Shown here: piece by piece, positions 1 to 10,957 of the stretch
Numbering within the stretch: the stretch's first letter is position 1
How the letters are laid out: each line of letters opens with the position of its first letter
Origin: Eledone cirrhosa
Lineage: Eukaryota
Assembly (NCBI GenBank): GCA_964016885.1
Contig: OZ024743.1
Location: forward strand, 29,884,001-29,948,000
Reading direction: 5' to 3'
DNA length: 64,000 bases
Translations under genes and position numbers: made by a program
The notes under the pieces: generated by a model
The model's input: the letters and a program-made list of their open reading frames with translations, nothing else
Databases searched by the model: none
Told to the model about the DNA's origin: nothing

Positions 1-435
1 TATATAAGGAAAAGAATCGAAAATGCAGCTGGAATCTTTTTAAGAATATTCATTTATTTCCTTTACCGGTTTCACAGTTTTTTTCAAAAGTTAAATTGAG
101 ATGGCGGAGATCACTCCTCTCTTGATTCTTCGGTATATAGGTGTGCTGTAAAATAAAGTGGTGTTCCTCCAACCCTTTACCGGTCAATTTCTTGATGTTA
201 TCCCTACATACGTTTTCTTTTCTTATCTTTTCGTTTCCTCAGTTATTTTCACGTGGATTGTAAAATCTCAAGTTTTCATTTCTATGCAGTGGTAGCCCAA
301 CTTGGATGTTGCCGAATAATTGTGCGAATATTTTCGATACATTTGTATATACTAAGGCTTTCTTTCAGCCTACACGTGCCAATTCACTGACTTGTTCGAC
401 AATTTCAATGCTGTGAGAGCATTTAATAATAAAAG

Positions 436-437
<2 letters not shown>
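1..437 (-). mobile_element. Degenerate non-coding element with a hammerhead remnant (61-90); same family as 48190-48330
   Basis: Reverse complement reads ccatctcaa...ctt ttgaaaa aaactgt gaaa ccgg ta aag...aagattccagctgcattttcgatt, matching 48197-48305 on the + strand. Ends at (TA)n. Confidence 0.5.
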
Positions 438-471
<34 letters not shown>

Positions 472-531
472 TATTAAATATAATTATATATATATAAAAT
501 AAATGGAAACTATATTTATAAAACCATATTT

Positions 532-590
532 ATTTTATTATATATATTTCAAGGGTACCAAGACATTGGTACGCTTTCATCAGATAAAAT
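532..590 (-). ncRNA. Minimal type I hammerhead ribozyme
   Basis: Minus strand: attttat CTGATGA aagcgtacca-atgtct-tggtaccctt GAAA tatata TA ataaaat. 7-bp stem I, paired stem II, palindromic stem III, AUA site. Confidence 0.85.
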
Positions 591-719
591 AAAAAGTTTG
601 TTTTATAAATAGAGACATACCCATGAAAATCATACCTTATCTGTTGGAAATTCACTGGAAATTCAACCGATACAGTATGATTTTCATGTGTATGTCTCTA
701 TTTATAAAACACACTTTGT

Positions 720-780
720 ATTTCATATGATGAAAGCGTACCAATGTGTCTTGGTACCCTTGAAATATATATAATAAAAT
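720..780 (+). ncRNA. Degenerate hammerhead (core ATGATGA), inverted partner of 532-590
   Basis: atttcat ATGATGA aagcgtacca..tggtaccctt GAAA tatata TA ataaaat. Confidence 0.6.
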
Positions 781-915
781 AAATATGGTTTTATAAATAT
801 AGTTTCCATTTATTTAATATCATTGAATATTTACTCCAGTAACTTGTTGAGTGCTCTAAATCAGTTATAAACATTTATATTTGTCGGACTTCCAACAAAT
901 TAAATACTCCGTCTA

Positions 916-917
<2 letters not shown>

Positions 918-1004
<87 letters not shown>

Positions 1005-1090
1005 ATATATGTATATATGTATGTATGTATGTGTGTATGTATGTATATAACCTCATACACACAGACAAACACACACACATATATCTATAC
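918..1090. repeat. (TA)n/(TG)n/(CA)n microsatellite; representative of dozens across the window
   Basis: Directly visible. These tracts explain the many YIYI/HTHT/CVCV ORFs. Confidence 0.98.
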
Positions 1091-1842
1091 ATATAATTAT
1101 TTATAGAGAGCAACATCAATAATGAAGTTACAATGTTTTTGGTCACTACTTACACGTGTTTACAAAGGGTAACTATTAGATAGTGTATTTTCCTTCTGAA
1201 AATGTAAATACCTTAATCTACATGTGTCATTGCTTGCAAACATTAAACATGTATAGATCAAGCATATCAGCAATATGTGTAACGCAGATTTATGTAGGAG
1301 TACAGTACTTCTTTAATTTTGAAAAAGCTTAGGAGAAATTATCTAAAATGCATTAGTTTGAAATACAAGTACAACTTTACTGTCTGAATTTACATTTATT
1401 AGTGTAAAACCGCTCACTTCCTGAAGCTATACTAATGTCATTTTTAGACAATGGATAATACCACATACTCCAAGGGTTGAGTGCATAATCTCTTCCCAAC
1501 TTATGTTCCCACAAAGTTGAATAAAATCATTTTTTATAATGGTTACCCGTTTTAAATAAAGATTTATTATGAGGATATTGTTAAATAATGCGTATCCATA
1601 GAACGTACTTATCACAGTAAGTATTTGAATTATTTCAGAAAATACATTACCTAGGTTAACTTACCTGGGAGAATACAATTCGGAAGATATATTGACAGAA
1701 TCAGCGTGATGTACACATTTAATCAAATGAAGTCTCTCAGACCACCAGAACAAAATACCAAATTTGAAGAAAACTTAGTGTAAAGGATATTGTCATACTA
1801 GATCTTAACTACATATATACATGTACACACACGCATATACAT

Positions 1843-2037
<195 letters not shown>

Positions 2038-2490
2038 CCTATATATATATATAAAGATTTACATATGCACAAACTAGACAAAGTGACAGATATATATGTG
2101 CTTTGGCAACCATTCATGATGTGGCTCAATGAAGAATTAATAAATTAAATAATATACTATAATATACTATAAAGCAATATACTATAAAGTATGCAATATA
2201 CTATAAAGTATGTCCATAGAATCATTTGATAATATATATACACCATTTCCTCTCCCACTTAGCATAATTAACCACACAAAAAAATCAATTAGACCAGGCT
2301 ATAAGATTAAAAGGCACCTATGAAGAAATAGTAAATAAATAAACGACAGCAATCTCTTCGCGGTCAACCGCCATAGAGTTTTTACCCAACATTTCAACAG
2401 CACGTGGAAATCGATTAAATATACAGTCAACCATACATAATTAGGTATAAATTAAAGTTAGAAGAAATGCTCATACACATACCAGGATTA

Positions 2491-2572
2491 TGTCCCTACC
2501 CTCAACTTTCGATCGCATTTTGATATATCCTATTAAGGATAAAATCTCGAGCTTCGAACTCATCAGGAGACA
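2491..2572 (-). ncRNA. Type I hammerhead with long stem II (stem III mutated)
   Basis: tgtctc CTGATGA gttcg...cgatc GAAA gttgagg GTA gggaca. Confidence 0.6.
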
Positions 2573-3237
2573 AACTCGTTAGGACAGATTATTTTCTAAA
2601 GTGGTCCCCGCCAGACACGAATTCAAAATGGTTAAGAATTGTGTCGTAGCAGTGGTCATGTCAGAAAGAATGTGATTGGTTGCTTACGGCGAGTGGGTTG
2701 GTACCTAATTGTGTATGCTTGACCGTATATTTAATCGATTTCCACGTGCTGTTGAAATGCTGGGTAAAAACTCTATGGTGGTTGGCCGCGAAGCGATTGC
2801 TGTCGTTTATTTATTTACTTTTAATCTTATAGCCTGGTCTAATTGATTTTTTGTGTGGTTAATTATGCTAATTGGGAGAGGAAATGGTGTATATATATTA
2901 TCAAATGATTATATGTACATACTTTATAGTATATTGCTCTGATTATTTAATTTATTAATTCTTCATTGAGGCACATCGTGAATGGTTGCCAAAGCACATA
3001 TATATGTGTGACTTTGTCTAGTTTGTGTATATGTAAATCTCTATATTTAATAATCTCACATAAGGTTGAGATGCAATTTGGGCAATATCGGGCTGCGTTT
3101 TCTAGCAACCAACCCACTCGCCGTAAGCAACCAATCACATTCTTTCGAACTTGACCTCTGCCACGTCACAATTCTTAGCCATTTTGAATTCGTGTCTGGT
3201 GGGGACCACTTTAGAAAATAATCTGTCCTAACGACTT

Positions 3238-3319
3238 TGTCTTCTGATGAGTTCGAAACTCGAGATTTTATCCTTAACAGGATATATCAAAATGCGATCG
3301 AAACTCGATGGTAGGGACA
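3238..3319 (+). ncRNA. Type I hammerhead with long stem II
   Basis: tgtctt CTGATGA gttcg..attttatcct-taac-aggata..aaaat..cgatc GAAA c-tcgatg-G TA gggaca. Confidence 0.7.
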
Positions 3320-3789
3320 TAATCCTGTTATGTGTATGACCATTTCTTCTAACTTTAATTATACTTAATTATGTAAGGTTGACCGTATATTTAATCGATT
3401 TCCACGTGCTGTTGAAATGTTGGGTAAATATTCTATAGCGGCTGGCCGCGAAGAGATTGTTGTCGTTTATTTATTTACTATTTCTTCACAGGTGCCTTTT
3501 AATCTTATAGCCTCGTCTAATTGATTTTTTGTGTGTTTAATTATGCTAATTGGGAGAGGAAATGATGTATATATATTATCAAAGGATTATGTATATATAT
3601 ATAAACAAGGAGACAGAGAGACGACAAGAGAGAGAGAGAGCGGTACATAACTAACGAATTTCGAATGATATAGGATTTGCCGGTGAAATTAGGAATATAA
3701 GAAAAGAGTAAAAGGGTAAAAAAAAAGTCACACATTTTTGGTTTTTGCTTCTAGAATATTTCCTTCATAAATAAACGCATAGACAATGT

Positions 3790-4000
3790 TTGTGGAAGAC
3801 ATGCACTCACCGCTGCACGTCAATCTCACATTTCTACGCCACAATTATGTCCAAAAGAAAGCAGAATACGATGCAGCTTAGCATATGTAACACCGCAAAG
3901 CATTACCCCGCCTGCATGAACTAGAGCAACGCGAAGTAAATTGTTTGCTTAAAGACTCATTGCACCAACCGCTCCGGTATACTGAATCCAAAACACTTAC
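3790..4000 (-). mobile_element. Degenerate tRNA-derived/CORE-like SINE
   Basis: gaactagagcaacgcgaagtaaattgtttgcttaaaga is the reverse complement of the core seen at 48725-48770. Confidence 0.4.
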
Positions 4001-4062
4001 AAAGACTGAGTCCTTTATGAATATTTACACACAGACAATCACTATATAGACACACACAAACA

Positions 4063-4125
<63 letters not shown>

Positions 4126-4145
4126 TATACACACACACACACACG

Positions 4146-4185
<40 letters not shown>

Positions 4186-4189
<4 letters not shown>

Positions 4190-4276
4190 TATTAAAATAA
4201 GAGATTAAAGTTTAATCGCAGCTTTCACCCTTAATGTGATCTTTGCTTAAACTTTAATCTGTTATTTTAATAAATA
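4186..4276. repeat. Short foldback (about 30-bp arms) between (TA)n tracts
   Basis: tttattaaaataagagattaaagtttaa ... ttaaactttaatctgttattttaataaa. Confidence 0.75.
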
Positions 4277-4355
4277 TTTACTTGGGTTCCTATATTTTTT
4301 ATATATATTTATCCTCATCGAGCTCTCTTTGGATAGTAGTCTTCGCATTTGTTGT

Positions 4356-4417
<62 letters not shown>

Positions 4418-4429
4418 ATGTATGTGTGT

Positions 4430-5880
4430 GTGTGTTCGAAGCCGTAGATAACGAATGACCATGAATATGGGCTGAAGAGTTTTGCGTCAGCTCCCCATGG
4501 TGGTGCAGTATTGTACGTAACAACTGCATTTGAAGAAGATGCCCTCCTGTATTTTGTCCTTATTTCGAGCACGCTTTTCCTCTTTGGCAAGTTTCAGTTT
4601 CTCTTCCTCGCCCCCATTCCCTTCCGTAATACTGATCTCCAGCTTGGGCGATCATTAGTGACCTCTTCCCATCAATGGACGTCCAGCTCTATTTACTAAA
4701 TATCTCTTTTGTAGACGTCTTTGTAACGAAGGCGATGCCACCTTCGTGCTTTTGAGCCAATGACCAGTTCTTTATAGAGTCGGTCTTTTGGGATCCTCCT
4801 ATTCAGTATACTCTGTAGGTGACCTAACCAGCGCTGACCGCACTGTTGAGGAAGAGTGAACGTCTTGCGTATCTTGGTGCGATGCTAGACTTCAGTGTTG
4901 GCGATTCACTCGGTACACTTGTTGTCCAAAATGCCTATCAGATTACGAAGATAGAATACGTAAAGAAGTCACTCTGCTGTGGTGTAGTGGACCCATGTTT
5001 TGCTGCTGTAAACTAGTATGCTGATGACGCACAACTTGTAGACAGCAATATTGGCATTCGTAGTCTATTCTCACAGACTTCCCTGGTCAGCCTGACAAAT
5101 GTGGAGGTTGTTTGTTCAACTCACCTGCTTATCCCGGTGTCTTCGAAAAGCTTATCAGTCATGGTGAAGTCAATGTAGATGATGTTTTAAACGTTGGTCT
5201 TCTTCAGAGTAATGGTTAAGCTGAATTCCCAGCAGGTTCCCGGAAGTAAGTGTCCATGAAGTGCTTTGGCTACTGAGAGTGCACTGCCAATGCTGCGTAA
5301 CCCGCAGACATAATTTTGCTGATGAGTCCCTGACGAACCCTGGATTTCGCCTTAACAGACTAAACAGCTTCTCCTCTGATATGGTGTCGAGGTAAACTCC
5401 ATCAACTGATGTTCCCAATGCATGTTTTAGCAAGACTGCGAAAAATATGCCAAACTGGGTGGGAGCAATCATACAACCCTGGTTCACACAACTGTAGATG
5501 TTAAACACCTCCAAAGAGTCATCAAATTGAATGACAAAATTCACATCCGTATGAAACGATTGGACAGTCCAGAGAAGTCATGCACAATAACCAATCATGG
5601 CAAGTATTTTGAATAGGCCTCCGTTACTAGGTCGAATACCTTCATGATGTCAATTAAAGCAATGTAGTGTGGTTTCCTTTGCTCACGGCAAATCTGAGAT
5701 TTAGAGTATACTACACCGAGATTTAAAATATATCATCTGAGCCAGTTTCTGTTGTCTATTCAAGTCCTCACGGGGGAAGACCTTCCAAACAATGCTTAGC
5801 AGGGAGACGCCGGGGTAGCTATTGCAGATAAACAAGCTGGTCATCTTGTGACAAATTGTTGTGTTCGTGTCCCCAGAGTA
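4430..5880 (-). mobile_element. Degenerate RTE (BovB-like) LINE, RT and C-terminal region
   Basis: Minus-strand translation gives SYPGVSLLSIVWKVF, CVNQGCMIAPTQFGIFFAVLL and GRIPKDRLYKEL...LRYKDVYKRD. Many stops and frameshifts. Confidence 0.85.
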
Positions 5881-6874
5881 TTTAATATACTCCATCAACC
5901 ACAACAATAACAAAAACAATAACAACAACAACAGCAGCAGCAGCAGTAGCAGCAACAACAAAGCAACAACCACGACGGTAGCCAGCTGATATTCCGACTC
6001 GATTCTCACAAGTTCGTGTCCGTGTTGTAACAAATAATGTCTACATAAAGTGTGTGTATGTGTTTCTTTTTGTTTTTGTATGTCTGTTTGCCTGTGTGCT
6101 TAATTTCGAATGAAGTGTGCGTAACGAGATTTCATTCTGACTATTAAATATTTAGACTTAAAATCTACTTTCTTGTTTTGGAGTGACCATATCGTCTCTA
6201 CTAAGCTAGTTTATGATCAGTTGTTTTTATTTTTAAATGAGTTTACTTGGTTATAGCGTCCGGACTTAAATGTGGTGAGTGTATACGTACGCCCTATTTC
6301 GCGTGATGATCGTGCACCAGTAAATCATATTGAACGTTAGGGAGTTGTACTGTAATGGACATCAGTTGGGGTCCTCTCCTTATATTAGTTAGTTCATCGC
6401 TGTGTGGGCTCTTTTCATTTGTCTGGCGCATCAATAATTTTAAGAAGAGAAAGTCACGCAAGGTCTATAATAGTATGTATTATTTTAAAGCTTAGATTAT
6501 ACTTCTTGTTTTCTAAAGAACTATTAATATAAATTGCATCTTTGCCAAATTTCTACTAATGGAATTAAGATGTCAAATTTATTTGTTAATTAAAAATTGG
6601 CCAAAGTGCAGAACAAGCATCTGAAGATATTTATTATGTTTAGTAGAAAAGGGTGATAATGAATGCACAGTGCAAATTTGAATTAATTGATTGCGTCATA
6701 CTAGAATAGTATATTCACTCTGGAAGATAAGGAGGATCATGGAAAATGTTCTCCCATTGACGACGATTATTGCAAGACATTGGTGGAAGCAGAAGGTCGC
6801 ATAAATGTCCAAGAGCATGCAGGATAGCTAGAAGTAAGCATTGGAGAATTTATATGAATATGTGTATACATATG

Positions 6875-6928
<54 letters not shown>

Positions 6929-6955
6929 TGTGTGTGTGTGTGTGGGGGTGTGTGT

Positions 6956-7011
<56 letters not shown>

Positions 7012-7122
7012 GTGTGTGCAAATATATATGTATATACATAACAAAGAAAGTGTGGTAATGAACCACCATATGTATATATATACATATATTTGTGTGTGTG
7101 TGTGTGTCTATATATCTATATA

Positions 7123-7175
<53 letters not shown>

Positions 7176-7600
7176 GTGTGTGGGGTGTATATATAACGAA
7201 GGAAGTGTGGTAAGGAACCACCATATATATGTATATATATCTTTCTCAAAGCCCCTTTCACAATGCCTCTTTAATAATTAGACTATTCTCTTGTATTATC
7301 TGTTGCATGTATTCCACTCTGTGCTTTTCATTTGAATTTGAATTTTTGTACAATTCTCGTAAAATATATGTCACATCCATTCCACCTTGTAAATACGCGA
7401 AACTGTTGCCCACAACATAAATATATATGTATCTATATTATTGTTCAGTTGAATAGGAGGTTAATTACATGTACAAACATTGATGATGCTCCGATGATTC
7501 CAAAAAAAGATTTTGGAGGAAACGATTGTCAGCTATTAAATGATTTGAACACAACTTTGACAATTGTCTAATTTATTTATTTATTAAATTGTTATATATA

Positions 7601-7777
7601 TATATTTGGGGATGGTCATATTGTTATAATATTGCCAGAAATATATAATAAATCACACTCACTGTTTCGTTTGTATGGTTTTCACTTTCGGAAGCGAAAA
7701 CTAACTCAAACCAAACAGTAAGTGTTGTATTATATATTTCTGGCAACATTATAACAATATGACCCTCCTCAAATATA
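7601..7777. repeat. Foldback element, about 65-bp arms
   Basis: tatatttggggatggtcatattgttataatattgccagaaatatataata / tattatatatttctggcaacattataacaatatgaccctcctcaaatata. Confidence 0.85.
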
Positions 7778-7843
7778 AGACTGTTTGTTTCAACACACGA
7801 TTTCATATAAAAAAACGTTGCAAAACAAAAACACACACACACA

Positions 7844-7938
<95 letters not shown>

Positions 7939-7939
7939 T

Positions 7940-7980
<41 letters not shown>

Positions 7981-8369
7981 TGAGAACTTTCTAAATGTTT
8001 CCCAGCGTGGTCGTAGTAAAAAGTATGTAATCAGTAAAAGATAGCAATGGAAGGATAGATGGATAAAGAATGAGATGTATACAGTTCTATCGCAGAACAT
8101 CGCATGTTTAAAAGTGAGACAACTATGAAAATATCTATTCTGTGTTTGATTTTACACTCGTTCTACGATTTCCATATGCAGACACGGGCACACAAGCACA
8201 CACACACACGCACCCACACACACGCACGCACACAAAAGCATATATATAGAGAGAGACGGAAAATTAATATTTCGTGACGAGTTTGCACGCCTACACATTG
8301 GATATGTGTATATATTTATACAAGTTGGTACAGTAGTTTTGGTTATACACTTTATATTTATAATTTATA

Positions 8370-8403
<34 letters not shown>

Positions 8404-8573
8404 TTCTAATAACCGATGTTTATGATATAGTTATATATGTATAAATTATAAATATAAAGTGTATAACCGAGACGACTGCACCAACGTGTATAAATATATT
8501 CACATATCCAACATGTAGGCATGCAAACTCGTCAAGAAATATGTATTTCCCCTGTCTATTGAGAAAATACTAA

Positions 8574-8622
8574 ACACCTTTAATCAATTTTCAGAACTAA
8601 TTGGACCTTCACCAGAAGGCGT
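8574..8622 (-). ncRNA. Degenerate hammerhead (core CTGGTGA)
   Basis: acgcctt CTGGTGA aggt-ccaattag-ttct GAAA attgat TA aaggtgt. Confidence 0.6.
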
Positions 8623-9113
8623 GTATTTCAACAACAGGGAAACATTTATTTCATGGGTATAGATATATTTGATGGGTATATATACCACTTAGTATTATTC
8701 TGAAATGCTCATATTAATTTGCATATAATTAGCGTCTGCCTTGGCGTTGGTTAAGATATTTACTGTGAAGTGCGTTTGCAGCCAAAGCGTATGAAAAAAT
8801 TATATCTGTGTCTAACCGATACCGTAAATTCATATCTGTTTTGGCGTTTAGATATATATATTTATACACGTTATAGACGTATATATTTATACACGTTGGT
8901 ACAGTCTCGGGTGAACTCTTAGTATACATATATATAACTTTATCTTACACTTCGGCTGCTAGCACACCTCTAAATATATATCTTAACAATTAACACGCGT
9001 ACTAATTATATGCAAATTAATGTCTATTTCAGAATAATACTGAGAATAGTAAAAGCGAATTGGTATATAAACCTATCAAATACATGGTTACTTGTGGTTT
9101 AGAGATAATCTAC

Positions 9114-9162
9114 ACATCTTCTGATGAAGATCCAATTATATCTGAAAATAGATTAAACGTGT
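9114..9162 (+). ncRNA. Minimal type I hammerhead
   Basis: acatctt CTGATGA agat-ccaattat-atct GAAA atagat TA aacgtgt. Confidence 0.7.
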
Positions 9163-10140
9163 TTCTCAATTTAAAATGAAAATTTGTATTTTCTGGTGTA
9201 TTTATATGCCCAGATATTACATGTGTGTATATATATTTATACACATTGGTAAATTCTCAGTCACACACTGTATTTAAAACAGCGATGATAAAGTTATCAT
9301 AATAACTTCATCATATATGCATATATATATATATATATATATATATACACCATTCCAATTAAAAGAAATTTTCTGCTACCTAATTATTCAAGTTTAAAGC
9401 ATAAAAATATCAAAATGACAATAAATCATATGCCATAATATTTCCATGCATATAAAATCACGAATCGTAATTTACAGAACGGGCCATCTATTCCACATGA
9501 ACCAGGAAATGTAATTCTTATATCATTGCGAGATTCAGGGTCTTCGTATCCTCATATCTATAAATCCATAGAAAATTGCCAATGAATGTTCTACGAAAAG
9601 TAAAGTTTCAAAAATATAAAATAAATTCTATATCAACGGAATATCTAATTGAGTATTCATACGTTTTATCTTTCTCATGAGCTTTATTTTTATATTCTAT
9701 GAGGCAATGAAATAAATTTAATGGCTGTAATTTTGAAAATAATATGATACATTATCGATATCAGTTGATGTAAAAGTATTGAGAGATATATATTCCCTAA
9801 CTAATGAATGCATTTCCTTTTGTTTAGAAGGCTGGCTAAAATTGTGCGTGATAAAGCTGAGGCTTTATCTGATGTGACAATGAAGATGATATTTATATTT
9901 TTCAGTAAGTAAGGTAGATAGGGATATCGAAATATATTGTATTTTGTAATTAGATATATCAACTTTAAACGTATATTGAATGTACATACTTTTATGTGAT
10001 CGTTTCCTGTCATACAAAATGGAGATGCCGTATAGATATATGTAAATTATCATAGTCAATAGAAAGGAAAATGTGTTACAAAATAAGACCGAAGTTTAAG
10101 GGTTAGAAAATAGTATATTGTACAACCTTAGTTATCTTAC

Positions 10141-10236
10141 CTGAAAAATAAGATCCATCTATAAATATTTATCGCATACAATATTCATGCGGAAATTGGT
10201 TGACATTTCTTCGTGGCGCGACACATTCATCAATGT
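10141..10236 (-). pseudogene. Possible degenerate calcium-binding EGF-like exon
   Basis: 96-nt phase 1-1 segment bounded by ttattcag| and cag|gtaaga. Translates (D)IDECVAPRRNVNQFPHEYCMR*IFIDGSYFS, with DIDEC and GSY motifs but a stop codon and missing cysteines. Confidence 0.3.
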
Positions 10237-10514
10237 CTGAATAATTACAGAGCTTCAATATTTTATAGAGTGGTCGCCAGTTAACTAGTGACAGCAGGAG
10301 AAGCCTATATGTGATCGCTCAAACTGCTAAAAAAATAGCAGAAAAGTTAATTTAATATTACGGCTAATCGCATGTTTCAATGGATCAGTGATTTAAATTA
10401 GCTGATTCTTTTATTGGCTCATGTATTTAAGCTGCGATTCGGGTAGACCTGCAGATAAGTTTCATATAATAGCAATACAATCTCATTTTCTCATCAATTA
10501 TTATCCGTTATGCG

Positions 10515-10737
10515 GGTGGTAGATTGGCAGAATCGGTAGAGCCTTGGACACCATGCTCTGCAGCATTGAATTATGTCAAGTTACGTTCTCAGTTCAAATC
10601 CCACCGTGGTTAGCTTTGCCTTTCAGCCTTACGGGATCGGGAAAATAAAGCACCACTAATGCAATGGGATCGATTCAATCGACTTTCTCCTCCCCTTCAA
10701 ATTGCTGGCTTTGCGCCTATATTGAAACAATTATTAT
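10515..10737 (+). mobile_element. tRNA-derived SINE (octopus-type)
   Basis: A-box-like tggcagaatcggtaga, B-box gttcaaatcc, body ctttgcctttca..ggatcg..aaataaagcacca, tail gaaacaattatta. Confidence 0.8.
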
Positions 10738-10767
10738 CAGTCGTATATAGGCTTCTTGTTTCGATAA

Positions 10768-10957
10768 ATATTGTTTCTACTGTTGGCACAAGGCCAGCAA
10801 TTATCCCAGTGCATTACTGGTACTTTATTTTATCGACCCCGTAAGGATGAAAGGCAAAGTTAACCTCGGCGGGAATTGAACTCAGATCATGAAGGGAGGT
10901 AAATATATGCTTCAAAGCGCGGCGTCCGACCCTCTACTGATACTGCCAATCCACCGC
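10768..10957 (-). mobile_element. tRNA-derived SINE, tail-to-tail with the previous copy
   Basis: actggtactttattttatcgaccccgtaaggatgaaaggcaaagttaacctcggcgggaattgaactcaga. Confidence 0.85.

Larger units (their letters stand above)
497..918. mobile_element. Head-to-head foldback element with a hammerhead in each arm and a unique tail, between (TA)n tracts
   Basis: Imperfect inverted arms at about 497-650 and 660-815. Right arm continues into unique sequence to about 918, then (TA)n. Confidence 0.85.
2050..3595. mobile_element. 660-bp-unit hammerhead element: one inverted unit followed by a 1.3-mer tandem
   Basis: gaccgtatatttaatcgatt recurs at 2721 and 3381 (660 bp period). 2050-2701 is the reverse complement of the unit. 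Flanked by (TA)n. Confidence 0.85.
8253..9265. mobile_element. Old nested inverted-repeat element with a hammerhead pair
   Basis: Inverted repeat 8253-8370/8440-8556, plus a diverged inverted repeat about 8470-8800/8930-9260. Hammerheads at 8574-8622 (-) and 9114-9162 (+). Confidence 0.75.

Noticed and set aside
6770-6840. GGRGL-like Dong RT remnant
   Set aside because: Too short and frameshifted to call.
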